Positions 49,821 through 60,054 of a stretch of DNA of 64,000 nucleotides are shown piece by piece (the stretch's first letter is position 1; every line of letters starts with the position of its first letter). The stretch is from contig CBDCCS010000016.1 of NCBI GenBank assembly GCA_965214935.1, positions 160,001 through 224,000 on the forward strand. The letters run 5' to 3'. The position numbers and the translations under genes were made by a program. The notes beneath the pieces are model-generated. The model did no database searches and had not been told where the DNA came from. It saw nothing but the letters and a program-made list of their open reading frames with translations. The stretch is from Candidatus Velthaea sp. (GTDB lineage: Bacteria; Vulcanimicrobiota; Vulcanimicrobiia; Vulcanimicrobiales; Vulcanimicrobiaceae).

Positions 49821-50168
49821 CGGTCAGAGAACGTAATCCGGTTCAACCGCATTTGCAAGGCGGCTGGTTTACGTCTGTCGTTCGAGCGAGCGTAACGCGG
49901 CGTGTAATGAAAAGATGCGGTCAAACGCAACCACAGTGACAGTTTTATTGTCATAGACGCTGGAACAAACCGCTTCGTGTGACGTATGATTAGCAGTGCG
50001 TCGCAGAGCGGCGAGCAACACCAACCGCGGGGGATCCGGTTTGCCGGAGCTCACGCATCCTTGAGTGTCGATAAGCGGCAAGGCCCGACAACGGCGGCTT
50101 CTCGGAGCCGTCCGATGCGAATCGCATCGTAGGGCTGGTCCACGGCGCTCGGAAAGCGAATAGTAGTA

Positions 50169-52022
50169 ATGGCAAAAGTGGTCGGAATCGACCTCGGCAC
50201 GACGAACTCCGTCGTCGCCGTGATGGAGGGGCAAAGCCCCACGGTCATCGCGAACTCCGAAGGTAATCGCACGACGCCTTCGGTTGTCGCATTTACCAAA
50301 ACCGGCGAGCGGCTCGTCGGGCAACTCGCCAAGCGTCAAGCAGTGACCAATCCGGAGCGCACGATCAGTTCGATCAAGCGCGAGATGGGCACCGATCATA
50401 AAACGAAGATCGACGGCAAGGATTACTCGCCGCAAGAGATCAGTTCGATGATCCTGCAAAAGCTTGTCAACGATGCCTCGACCTATCTGGGCGAGCGTGT
50501 CACCAAAGCCGTCGTTACCGTGCCGGCATATTTCAACGACGCACAGCGTCAGGCAACCAAAGATGCCGGCAAGATTGCCGGTCTGGACGTGCTGCGCATC
50601 ATTAACGAGCCGACGGCGGCTGCTCTGGCGTACGGCCTCGATAAAAAAGGCAACGAGACGATTCTGGTCTGGGATCTCGGCGGCGGTACGTTCGACGTTT
50701 CGATTCTCGAGGTCGGCGACGGCGTGTTCGAGGTGAAATCAACCAACGGCGATACGCACTTAGGCGGCGACGATTACGACGCCAAGATCGTCGATTTCTT
50801 GGCAACCGAGTTCCGTAAAGAACAAGGCATCGATCTCAGCGGCGATAAGCAGGCGATGCAACGGCTCACCGAAGCGGCCGAAAAAGCCAAGATCGAATTG
50901 TCGGGCGTCGTCACGACCAATATCAATCTGCCGTTCATCACGGCGGATCAAAATGGACCCAAGCATCTCGACATCACCTTGACGCGCGCAAAATTCGAGG
51001 AGCTCACCGCAAGCCTGACCGATCGCTGCATTAAGCCGTTCAAGAACGCGTTGGCCGATGCAAAACTCGACGTTGCGAAGATCGATGAAGTGGTCATGGT
51101 CGGCGGCTCGACGCGCATGCCTGTGATTCAAGAACTCGTCAAGAAACTGACCGGCAAAGAACTCAATCAATCGGTCAACCCCGATGAAGTTGTCGCGATC
51201 GGCGCGGCGATTCAAGCCGGCGTATTAGCCGGTGAAGTTCGCGACGTCGTTCTGCTCGACGTCACGCCGCTCTCGCTCGGACTCGAAACGCTCGGCGGCG
51301 TCAATACAAAGTTGATCGAACGCAATACGACGATTCCGACCCGCAAGACGCAGGTTTTCACGACGGCTGAAGACGGTCAGACGTCAGTCGACATTCACGT
51401 CCTGCAGGGCGAGCGTGAAATGGCCGGCGACAACAAAACGCTGGCCCGGTTCCGGCTCGAAGGCATCCCGGCCGCACCACGCGGCGTTCCGCAAATTGAA
51501 GTCACCTTCAATATCGATGCGAACGGCATCGTCAACGTCGGCGCCAAAGATACGGGCACCGGCAAAGAGCAGCAGATTACGATTACCGCGTCGACCAATC
51601 TCAATAAAGACGAGATCGACAAGATGGTGCGCGATGCCGAAGCGGCGCGCGTCGAGGATCAACGCAAGAAAGAGGACGCCGAAATTCGCAATACGGCAAA
51701 CTCGCTGATCTACTCGACGGAAAAATCGCTCAAAGAAGTCGGCGATAAAGCCGATCCGACGATTCGCACCGATGTTGAAGCGGCACTCGGCGAACTCAAG
51801 CGCGTTTCCGAAAACGGCACCGCCGACGAAATCAAAGCAGCGACCGAAAAGCTGCAAACGTCGAGCTACAAACTGGCCGAAGCGCTGTATGCCAAAACCG
51901 GCGCCTCTCCGAACGGAGCGGGCGACGGTCAGGCAGCCGGTAACGGTGCAACGAACGGCTCGACCGACGGCGCGCCGCACGGCGACGACGTCATCGACGC
52001 CGAATTCAAAGAAGCGAAGTAA
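50169..52022 (+). CDS. dnaK: Chaperone DnaK
   Basis: [35 protein letters not shown]. Confidence 0.99.
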   Translation: MAKVVGIDLGTTNSVVAVMEGQSPTVIANSEGNRTTPSVVAFTKTGERLVGQLAKRQAVTNPERTISSIKREMGTDHKTKIDGKDYSPQEISSMILQKLVNDASTYLGERVTKAVVTVPAYFNDAQRQATKDAGKIAGLDVLRIINEPTAAALAYGLDKKGNETILVWDLGGGTFDVSILEVGDGVFEVKSTNGDTHLGGDDYDAKIVDFLATEFRKEQGIDLSGDKQAMQRLTEAAEKAKIELSGVVTTNINLPFITADQNGPKHLDITLTRAKFEELTASLTDRCIKPFKNALADAKLDVAKIDEVVMVGGSTRMPVIQELVKKLTGKELNQSVNPDEVVAIGAAIQAGVLAGEVRDVVLLDVTPLSLGLETLGGVNTKLIERNTTIPTRKTQVFTTAEDGQTSVDIHVLQGEREMAGDNKTLARFRLEGIPAAPRGVPQIEVTFNIDANGIVNVGAKDTGTGKEQQITITASTNLNKDEIDKMVRDAEAARVEDQRKKEDAEIRNTANSLIYSTEKSLKEVGDKADPTIRTDVEAALGELKRVSENGTADEIKAATEKLQTSSYKLAEALYAKTGASPNGAGDGQAAGNGATNGSTDGAPHGDDVIDAEFKEAK

Positions 52023-52030
52023 CACCGCGT

Positions 52031-52078
52031 GATGCACGTGCGAGGTGCGCTCCATCGAGCGCGCCTCGCGTATGCATC
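52031..52078 (+). other. Long intercistronic hairpin between dnaK and grpE
   Basis: GATGCACGTGCGAGGTGCGCTC-CATC-GAGCGCGCCTCGCGTATGCATC. Confidence 0.75.
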
Positions 52079-52100
52079 CGTTCGTAAAAGAAAGAGCGTC

Positions 52101-52649
52101 ATGAACGACGACAGTTACACGAACGCGTCCGCGGAAGCTTCGGCCAACGTAGACGCGCCGGCAAACGGTGCAACAACGGCGACCGCCGATGCGGATTCCG
52201 CTGCCCTCCTGTCCGCGGCGAATGCCAAGGCCGAGGACAATTACAATCGCTATTTATACGCGATGGCCGACTTCGAAAACTATAAGAAGCGCATGGAGCG
52301 TCAGCTCGGTGAGATTTCCCTTGCCGGCCGCAAATCACTCATCGGCAAGTTTCTCCCGGTCATCGACAATCTCGAACGAGCATTGTCGTACGGAACGGAG
52401 AATGAAGCGCTCAAAGGCGGTCTGCAAGCAACGCTGCGTGGCTTTGAAAACGTACTTGCCGGCGAAGGCGTGACAGCGATTTCGCTTAAAGGCCAGCCGT
52501 TCGATCCGCGTCTGGCAGAGGCCATCGGTACGCAACCGGCACCGGCCGGCGTTGCCGAAGATACCGTGCTCGAAGAAGCGACTAAGGCCTACGTCCATGG
52601 CGACGACGTGCTGCGCGTCGCACATGTTATCGTCGCAAAAAGCGATTAA
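52101..52649 (+). CDS. grpE: Nucleotide exchange factor GrpE
   Basis: ADFENYKKR, LPVIDNLERAL, GQPFDP..EAI. Confidence 0.95.
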   Translation: MNDDSYTNASAEASANVDAPANGATTATADADSAALLSAANAKAEDNYNRYLYAMADFENYKKRMERQLGEISLAGRKSLIGKFLPVIDNLERALSYGTENEALKGGLQATLRGFENVLAGEGVTAISLKGQPFDPRLAEAIGTQPAPAGVAEDTVLEEATKAYVHGDDVLRVAHVIVAKSD

Positions 52650-52712
52650 GGCGATTGCACGTGGCGCGGCCGGTACGTGCCGGCCGCCGGCCCGTCCGGA
52701 GCGCACTGCTGC

Positions 52713-53741
52713 ATGAATTATAAGAACTATTACGACATACTGGGCATCGAAAAAACGGCAGCCGAAAAAGACGTTAAATCGGCATACCGGAAGCTCGCGC
52801 GGAAGTGGCACCCGGACGCGAATCCGACCAACGCGCGACAAGCCGAAGAAAAGTTCAAAGACATCCAAGAGGCGTACGAAGTTCTCGGCGATACCGAGAA
52901 GCGAAAGAAGTACGACGTCTTGGGCAACGATTGGCAGCGCGCCGCGCAAGAAGCCGAACAGCACCGGACGTACCGGCAAGCGCAGCGCGATGCGTCGTTC
53001 GACTTCACCAACGCAAACGCAGCCGGCGGTGCGGCCGGACAAACCGGCTTTTCCGACTTCTTCGACATGTTCTTCTCGGGCATCGGGCGCCGGCCGACGG
53101 CGCCCGGAGCGACGGCCAGCTTCGGCGAGCGCGGGCAAGATCTCGAAACGACGATCGATTTGAGCTTAACCGAAGCGTATGCCGGCGGCAATAAATCGGT
53201 TTCGCTTCAACTCGAGGATCGCTGTTCGCGCTGTAACGGCACGGGGACCGATCGGAAAGGCATTTGTCCGCAATGTCACGGGACCGGACGTGTTTTAGAA
53301 ACGAAGCGCTTCGACGTCAGCATTCCGAAAGGCGTGCGCGAAGGGCAGCGCATTCGGCTAAGCGGCCAAGGCGGTAGCGGTGCGGCCGGCGGACCGAACG
53401 GCGATCTCTTTTTGATCGTCAAGTTTACCGACGACAAGCGCTACGAACGTAAGGGCGACGATCTCTACGTCGACCTGCCGGTTTCGATCTACGATCTCAT
53501 CCTCGGCGGCGATGTGAACGTCCCGACCATCACGGGCGAGGTTACCATGACGATTCCGGCCGGCACGCAGAACAACAAGATGCTGCGGCTGTCGGGCAAA
53601 GGGATGCCCAAGCTGAAAAACGCCGGCTTCGGCGATGAGTACGTGCGGCTCGTCGGGCTGCTGCCGACCGATTTAAGCGATAAGGAAAGCAAGTTATTCC
53701 GCGAGCTTGCCGGTTTGCGGAACGGCAAGGCCGCTAAATAA
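52713..53741 (+). CDS. dnaJ: DnaJ-family co-chaperone with a shortened zinc finger
   Basis: J domain with HPD, FSDFF, two CxxCxGxG motifs, DnaJ C-terminal domain. Confidence 0.88.
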   Translation: MNYKNYYDILGIEKTAAEKDVKSAYRKLARKWHPDANPTNARQAEEKFKDIQEAYEVLGDTEKRKKYDVLGNDWQRAAQEAEQHRTYRQAQRDASFDFTNANAAGGAAGQTGFSDFFDMFFSGIGRRPTAPGATASFGERGQDLETTIDLSLTEAYAGGNKSVSLQLEDRCSRCNGTGTDRKGICPQCHGTGRVLETKRFDVSIPKGVREGQRIRLSGQGGSGAAGGPNGDLFLIVKFTDDKRYERKGDDLYVDLPVSIYDLILGGDVNVPTITGEVTMTIPAGTQNNKMLRLSGKGMPKLKNAGFGDEYVRLVGLLPTDLSDKESKLFRELAGLRNGKAAK

Positions 53742-53819
53742 CGCTTGCACCGGCTCAATTGCGAGCCGGCTCGCAACTGCGCGGGAACCTGCGCCCTGCA
53801 ACGTGTGTCGTAAGCTGCG

Positions 53820-55655
53820 ATGCATGGTGGCCCGCCGACCCATTTGATGTGGTCGAATATGTTCAGTCCCGACAAGCCGAAGATCAAGCGCAAAGCGGAA
53901 TGGCGGCGGATCGGCAAGTTCTTTCTGCCGTATTGGCGGCAGGAAGCACTCGTGCTGGTTTGTATCGTGATCGGCTCGCTGCTCGGCTTGCTCCCGCCGC
54001 TCTATACGAAGTGGCTCATCGACGACGCGATTCCGAAGCACGCGATGGCCGGCGTCGTTTACAACGTCTCCGGAATGGCGATCAGCGCGGTCGCGGCCGG
54101 TGTCATCGGCGTCTATCAGGGCTATCTCAACTCGTTCGTCGGTGAAGGCATCATGCGCGACATTCGCACGAGCCTCGTCGCGCATTTACACCGCATGTCG
54201 TTGTCGTTTTTCACCAATACGAAGACCGGCGAAATCATGAACCGGGTGAGTTCGGATGTCGATAATGTCGACAATGTCGTCACCGGGACGCTCGTATCGA
54301 TCGTCACCAATGTCGCAATGATGGTGACGACGCTCGTAACGATCTTCATTTTGGATTGGCGCCTCGCGTTTATCGCACTTGCCGTCGTCCCGTTGATGAT
54401 TTTGCCGCTCGGTCCGGTCGGCCGCCGGATGTACGACATTCGCAAGCAGACGCGGGTGAAGCGCGACGAGATCGAGTCGATCACCCAAGAGACACTCTCG
54501 ATCTCCGGCATCACGCTGATCAAAACGTTCGTCCGCGAAGCGTTCGAGAAGCAGCGTTTCTTTGCCGTCGGTACCGATTTGATGACGCTGGAAATCCGGC
54601 TCGCAATGGTCGGGCGCTGGTTCATCGCGGCCATCTCGGCGATGGTGATCATCGGCCCGGCCTTGGTGTGGCTGGCCGGCGGCTATTTTGCAATCAATGC
54701 CGGCCTGTCCGTCGGCACGATCGTCGCCTTTGTCGCCTTTTTGTCGCGCCTATACGGCCCGGCGTCGGCGCTCGCCGGCGTGCAGGTCCAAATCGTTAGT
54801 GCGCTCGCGGTCTTCGAACGCATCTTTGAATACCTGGACATGGAGCCCGAAGGCGCCGAAAAGCCGAATGCGCTTGCAATCGCCGAAGTGCGCGGTCAGG
54901 TCGCCTTCGACAATGTTGTTTTCCGGTATACGCCCGACCGGATTGCCCTCGACGGTGTTAGCTTTACGATCGAGCCCGGTCAAATGGCGGCGTTCGTCGG
55001 GCCATCGGGCGCCGGCAAAACGACGATCACGCAACTCGTCCCGCGCTTCTACGATCCGCAATCCGGCGTGGTGCGCGTCGACGGCCACGATGTTCGCGAT
55101 TTGACGTTGGCGTCGCTACGCGAAAACGTCGGCATCGTAACGCAAGAAACGTATCTCTTTCATGACACGATCGGCTCCAATCTCCGCTACGCGCGAAGCG
55201 GCGCCGGCGATGCCGAGCTCGTTGCGGCCGCACGCGCTGCGAATATCCACGATTTCATTGCTGCCTTGCCTGAGGGCTACGATACGATCGTCGGTGAACG
55301 CGGCCATAAGCTTTCGGGCGGCGAACGTCAGCGTCTCGCGATCGCTCGGGTGCTGCTGAAAAATCCGCGCATCCTCATCCTGGACGAAGCGACGAGCGCG
55401 CTCGACTCGAATAACGAGGCGCTCATCCAAGCAGCGCTCGTGCCGCTCATGGCCGGCCGGACGAGCCTCGTGATCGCCCATCGGCTCTCGACGATCCTCG
55501 CCGCGGACGTCATCTTCGTCGTCGTCGCCGGACGCATCGTCGAAGCCGGTTCGCACGCGGCGCTTTTGACCCGCAATGGGCTCTACGCCGAACTGTATTT
55601 CAAGCAGTTCCGCGACCAGACGCACGAACCAATCGAATCGATCGAGCTCGTCTGA
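53820..55655 (+). CDS. ABC exporter, fused permease/ATPase (MsbA/MdlB-like)
   Basis: 6-TM domain, GPSGAGKTT, LSGGERQR, ILDEATSALD, IAHRLST. Confidence 0.96.
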   Translation: MHGGPPTHLMWSNMFSPDKPKIKRKAEWRRIGKFFLPYWRQEALVLVCIVIGSLLGLLPPLYTKWLIDDAIPKHAMAGVVYNVSGMAISAVAAGVIGVYQGYLNSFVGEGIMRDIRTSLVAHLHRMSLSFFTNTKTGEIMNRVSSDVDNVDNVVTGTLVSIVTNVAMMVTTLVTIFILDWRLAFIALAVVPLMILPLGPVGRRMYDIRKQTRVKRDEIESITQETLSISGITLIKTFVREAFEKQRFFAVGTDLMTLEIRLAMVGRWFIAAISAMVIIGPALVWLAGGYFAINAGLSVGTIVAFVAFLSRLYGPASALAGVQVQIVSALAVFERIFEYLDMEPEGAEKPNALAIAEVRGQVAFDNVVFRYTPDRIALDGVSFTIEPGQMAAFVGPSGAGKTTITQLVPRFYDPQSGVVRVDGHDVRDLTLASLRENVGIVTQETYLFHDTIGSNLRYARSGAGDAELVAAARAANIHDFIAALPEGYDTIVGERGHKLSGGERQRLAIARVLLKNPRILILDEATSALDSNNEALIQAALVPLMAGRTSLVIAHRLSTILAADVIFVVVAGRIVEAGSHAALLTRNGLYAELYFKQFRDQTHEPIESIELV

Positions 55656-55685
55656 GCGCGGCCGGTAGCCGCGATCCGCGGCCGG

Positions 55686-56663
55686 CTAACCGACGGCGGA
55701 AATATCCCAGCCGAGCATCCGCGCGGCCAACTCGGTGCGGTTCTTCGAAAGTGTCTTCTTAAGCATTCGCTTGAGATGAAACACGACCGTGGACTCCGAG
55801 ATGGACAACTCGGCCGCGATCTCGGAGACCGGCGCGCCGCGCAACATCAACGACAGCACTTGCAATTCACGTTTACTGATCGAATATTGCGTTGCGGTCG
55901 CTTCAAGCGAGGCCCGGCTGCGCAACCACTCGACGGTCACGAGCAGCGCCGGCGCGACGCCACGCGAGCGCAGCGGCGTGATGCGCACGAGGGCAAACGG
56001 AAGAACCGCGACGAGCTCGTTACCGGTCGCACCGCCGCGAAGCCGCTCGAGCAGTTCGGCAATTATCGGCCGAAGGACCGGCGATAACTCACCGTTGCGC
56101 GGCATGAGATGCGTTCGTAAGTCGGTCGGCATGCCGTCCGGTTCATCGCTCGTCGATAGCAAGACGCCCTTGTGATCGATCGTGAAGGCGATCGGTGCCG
56201 CTCGTCGAGCCGTTAACCGTTCAGCCTCGTCGGCGTTGATCTCGAAGATCGCCGCGGCGATCGCTTCGGAGTGCTGCCGAAAAAATTGTTCGATCCCAGC
56301 GCCGTCGCGCGTCGCATACGGCTTGAAATTCGCGGATCGCACGATGCGCAGGATCGCGATCCGGTCGCCGAACTCACCGAAGATGACGTATAGCGCGCGG
56401 CGGTGCTCCGATGCCAGCGGCGTACTTACATGCGGCAGAACGGAGCCGGCAAAGCGCTGTAAGCGCACCTCGGCGCGCAATGCAGCAAGGTCGGGTGCAA
56501 GCTGGCTCGACGAGCCGGAAACAATCAAGGAATCGTCGCGACCGAAGGCTGCGAAATCCCATCCATCCCCAGCGGCCAGCCGCGTAATGAGTTCACCGAC
56601 GATGCGCATCGCGACGACGCCGCGCACTCGCGCAGACGTGCGCGGCACGACTTCACTCTGCAC
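55686..56663 (-). CDS. LuxR-type HTH transcriptional regulator with uncharacterised N-terminal region
   Basis: C-terminal ISKRELQVL..G....IAAELSISESTVVFHLKRMLKK...NRTEL. Confidence 0.88.
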   Translation of the reverse strand: MQSEVVPRTSARVRGVVAMRIVGELITRLAAGDGWDFAAFGRDDSLIVSGSSSQLAPDLAALRAEVRLQRFAGSVLPHVSTPLASEHRRALYVIFGEFGDRIAILRIVRSANFKPYATRDGAGIEQFFRQHSEAIAAAIFEINADEAERLTARRAAPIAFTIDHKGVLLSTSDEPDGMPTDLRTHLMPRNGELSPVLRPIIAELLERLRGGATGNELVAVLPFALVRITPLRSRGVAPALLVTVEWLRSRASLEATATQYSISKRELQVLSLMLRGAPVSEIAAELSISESTVVFHLKRMLKKTLSKNRTELAARMLGWDISAVG

Positions 56664-56781
56664 GGAGACACCCTTGCAAAGTCAAAACACGCATCTCACA
56701 TATCAGATACCGGTCAAGCAACATAGAGCCTAACATTTCAGCATTGACGGACAAGTTTCCGCCCCCACGCTTCTCTGCTAT

Positions 56782-58761
56782 TCAACGGCGGTTGAGAATA
56801 GCAGCTAATGCTCCGACGTTGTCAAGAGCGGAAAGATCACCGAAATCCGGCAATTCGAGATACTGCGCGCGAGCGATGCGGCGCAGAATCTTCAGATTGC
56901 GTGTTTTCGGCAAATCGTCGACAAAGAAAATCGCTTTCGGCCGCAGCGATTTACCCATCGCCCGATCGATTCGTCCGATGAGTTCTGCGCGCAATGCGTC
57001 GGTTTCCTCGAAGCCCGGCCGAACGACGGCAAAAACAACGACGACATCGCCTTTCACGGCGTCCGGCACGGCGATTGCCGCCGCTTCTTTGATCCGTGGA
57101 TGCGCGCCGACGGCGCTCTCGAATTCGGCCGGCCCGACCCGCTTGCCGGCAACATTGATCGTATCGTCGCTGCGGCCGCGGATGAACCAATACTCATGCG
57201 CGCCGTCCGCTTCGATCGTACACCAGTCGCCGTGCACCCAGGTACCGGCAAAGCGATCCCAATACGTCGACAGGAAGCGCGCGTCGTCGTGCTTGCCCGG
57301 AGATCCGTCCCAAAAACTTTGGGTCATTCCCGGCCACGACGCTTTCACGACGAGTTCGCCGACGGCTCCGCGAATCGGCTTCCCCGCCGGATCGAAAACA
57401 TCGGCCAGCATCCCAGGAATCGGGCCGTGGAAGCTGTTCGGGACGAGCGGCATTGTTGGAAATGCGCCGATGATGCCGCCGCCGATCTCCGTCCCGCCCG
57501 AATAGTTGATGATCGGCGCGATGCCTCGGCCGACATGCGCGGCAAACCACTTCCAAGGCTCGGTATTCCATGGCTCACCGGTGCTGGCCAAGATGCGCAA
57601 CTGCGAAAGATCGTGACGAGCCGGATGTTCGTCGCCGTGCGTCATGAGCGCGCGAACGGCGGTCGGTGCGAGTCCGAGATGCGTCACGCGGTGGTCGGCG
57701 CAAACTTGCCACAGGCGGTCGGGTGCCGGGAAATCCGGCGTCCCTTCATACAGCACGATCGTCGCGCCTAAGCCGAGTGCCCCGAATACGAGGAACGGCC
57801 CCATCATCCAGCCCATGTCGGTATACCACAGCATGCGATCGCCGGGCTTGACGTCCATACACAAATGCTGATCGATCATACACTTGAGCGGGAAGCCGGC
57901 GTGAATGTGGTCTGCGCCTTTCGGCCGGCCCGTGGAACCGGATGTATAGAGCAGCATCGCCGGATCGCCGGCGGCTGTACGCTCGTAAGTCAGCGGCGGC
58001 AGCGCCGCAGCCGTCCGCTCGCGCCAGTGAAAGTCGCGGCCGGGCATCATCGGCACCGCGAGACCCGTGCGCTCGAAGACAAGCACGTGTCGGACCGACG
58101 GTGCCGCGCTTAACGCATCGTCGACGATCGTTTTTAGCGCGATCGGCTTGCCGCGACGGTAGACGCCGTCGGCGGTCAGCAAGACTTTAGCGCCGGCGTC
58201 GGCGAGCCGGGCGGACAGCGCGTCCGGGCCGTAGCCGGAAAATGCCGGAACGGCGACTGCGCCGATATACCCGACTGCAAGAAGTCCGATCGCAGCTTCG
58301 GGCACCAGCGGCATATAGATGCCGACCCGGTCGCCGCGTTCGACGCCGAGTTCGCGCAGCGTTCCAGCCAGTTGCGCGACCTCCGCGCGCAGTGCTGCGA
58401 ACGTGAACGTGCGGACGCGACCATCTTCGCCTTCCCACACAAGTGCCTCAGCGGCGCCGCGTCCGGCATCGACATGCCGGTCGAGGCAATTTGCGGCCGC
58501 GTTAAATTGCGCGCCGGGAAACCACGTGCTGAATGCCGGCCCGCCCGTGCGGTCGACGACGGCGTCCCACGGCCGGTCCCAGCGCAGATCCAGCGTACGC
58601 ACGATGCGTTCGTAGAAGCCGGCTTGGTCGACCTCGATCGATGCCAGCAGCGCCGGATAATCGGCGACGGCACTCGCCCGTAGAAGCGCCGTTAGGTTGG
58701 CGCCGGCGATCTGTTCCGCCGACGGAACCCAACGCTCGAATGCGCTCGCTGCTGTCGTCAT
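56782..58761 (-). CDS. AMP-forming acyl-CoA synthetase (acetate-CoA ligase-like)
   Basis: YTSGSTGRPKG, STGEP, GRSDDTINVAGKR, LPKTRNLK. Confidence 0.93.
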   Translation of the reverse strand: MTTAASAFERWVPSAEQIAGANLTALLRASAVADYPALLASIEVDQAGFYERIVRTLDLRWDRPWDAVVDRTGGPAFSTWFPGAQFNAAANCLDRHVDAGRGAAEALVWEGEDGRVRTFTFAALRAEVAQLAGTLRELGVERGDRVGIYMPLVPEAAIGLLAVGYIGAVAVPAFSGYGPDALSARLADAGAKVLLTADGVYRRGKPIALKTIVDDALSAAPSVRHVLVFERTGLAVPMMPGRDFHWRERTAAALPPLTYERTAAGDPAMLLYTSGSTGRPKGADHIHAGFPLKCMIDQHLCMDVKPGDRMLWYTDMGWMMGPFLVFGALGLGATIVLYEGTPDFPAPDRLWQVCADHRVTHLGLAPTAVRALMTHGDEHPARHDLSQLRILASTGEPWNTEPWKWFAAHVGRGIAPIINYSGGTEIGGGIIGAFPTMPLVPNSFHGPIPGMLADVFDPAGKPIRGAVGELVVKASWPGMTQSFWDGSPGKHDDARFLSTYWDRFAGTWVHGDWCTIEADGAHEYWFIRGRSDDTINVAGKRVGPAEFESAVGAHPRIKEAAAIAVPDAVKGDVVVVFAVVRPGFEETDALRAELIGRIDRAMGKSLRPKAIFFVDDLPKTRNLKILRRIARAQYLELPDFGDLSALDNVGALAAILNRR

Positions 58762-58841
58762 GAAACGCCGTTTCGCTTCCCGGGACCTCGCGACTTCTGC
58801 GCGAACGAACGCCGACGACACTATTTCGGAGGCTCATAGCG

Positions 58842-60020
58842 ATGGCGATTGCCGAACCGGGCTTGCAATCCGACGAAGAGGCAATGATCCTCGATGTCGT
58901 GCGACAGCTGGTCAAGGAAAAGGTCGAGCCGCGGGCCGCGGAAATCGATGCGACCGCCGAGTTTCCGGTCGACATTCAACAGCTCTTCGCAGCCAACGAC
59001 CTGCTCGGCATCCCGTTTCCGGCAGCGTACGGCGGGCTGGGCGGCACGTTTCTCACCTATGTGAAGGTCGTCGAGGAAGTCGCCAAAGCATGCGCCTCGA
59101 GCGCGCTGATCATTGCCGTACAAGAACTCGGCGCGCTGCCGATTCTTATCGGCGGCAGCGACCAACAGAAGCGCAAGTACATTCCGAAATTGGCCAGCGG
59201 CGAATGGATTGCAGCGTATGCACTGAGCGAAGCCGGAAGCGGTTCGGATGCCGCCGGTTCGATGCGGATGACCGCGCGCCGCGACGGCGACGACTACGTT
59301 CTGGACGGAACGAAGATCTGGATCACGCAGGGCAGCGTCGCCGACGTCGTCACCGTGTTTGCGCTGACCGGACCCGGTCAAGGTGCTGCGGGCATCTCGG
59401 CGTTCATCGTCGAGAAGGGAACGCCCGGCTTTGCGGTCGGTAAACTCGAGAAGAAAATGGGCATTCGCGGTTCGCCGACCGTCGAACTAGCGTTCAACGA
59501 TTGTCGCATACCGGCGGCGCAGTTGATCGGCCGCGAAGGTGAAGGCTTCAAAATCGCGATGAAGGTGCTCGACAAATCGCGGCCGGGGATCGCCGCGCAG
59601 GCGATCGGTATCGCGGCCGGCGCCCTCGAGTACGCAACGAACTATCTCACGGAACGCGTTGCGTTCGGCAAGCCGCTCGCGCAGCAGCAAGGGCTGCAAT
59701 TCATGTTAGCGGACATGAAGACGGAGGTTGAAGCCGCACGCTTACTGCTCTACGAGGCCGCGCGCAAATGCGATGCGGGAGCAGCCGATCTCACCACCTG
59801 GGCGGCGATGGCCAAGCTCAAATGCGGCGATGTCGCGATGTCGGTCACGACCGATGCCGTCCAGCTGCTCGGCGGTTTTGGTTATTCGACGGATTATCCG
59901 GTCGAACGCATGATGCGTGACGCAAAGATCACCCAGATTTACGAAGGCACGCAGCAGATCCAACGCATCGTCATTGCCCGATCGATGGTCGGCAAATGGA
60001 CGGCTCCGGCGGTTCGCTGA
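58842..60020 (+). CDS. Acyl-CoA dehydrogenase
   Basis: ALSEAGSGSD, GTKIWIT, KMGIRGS, RDAKITQIYEGT; GGAGG SD. Confidence 0.96.
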   Translation: MAIAEPGLQSDEEAMILDVVRQLVKEKVEPRAAEIDATAEFPVDIQQLFAANDLLGIPFPAAYGGLGGTFLTYVKVVEEVAKACASSALIIAVQELGALPILIGGSDQQKRKYIPKLASGEWIAAYALSEAGSGSDAAGSMRMTARRDGDDYVLDGTKIWITQGSVADVVTVFALTGPGQGAAGISAFIVEKGTPGFAVGKLEKKMGIRGSPTVELAFNDCRIPAAQLIGREGEGFKIAMKVLDKSRPGIAAQAIGIAAGALEYATNYLTERVAFGKPLAQQQGLQFMLADMKTEVEAARLLLYEAARKCDAGAADLTTWAAMAKLKCGDVAMSVTTDAVQLLGGFGYSTDYPVERMMRDAKITQIYEGTQQIQRIVIARSMVGKWTAPAVR

Positions 60021-60054
60021 CGGTGCTCGAGCAGACGGGGTATCACCCTTCTCG

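Noticed and set aside
49990..50016. CIRCE-like TTAGCAGTG upstream of dnaK
   Set aside because: Only the left half resembles TTAGCACTC; there is no GAGTGCTAA at N9 spacing.
50060..50082. HAIR-like CTTGAGT...CAAG
   Set aside because: The right half is poor (CGGCAAG) and spacing is 9 rather than 7; no hspR follows dnaJ.
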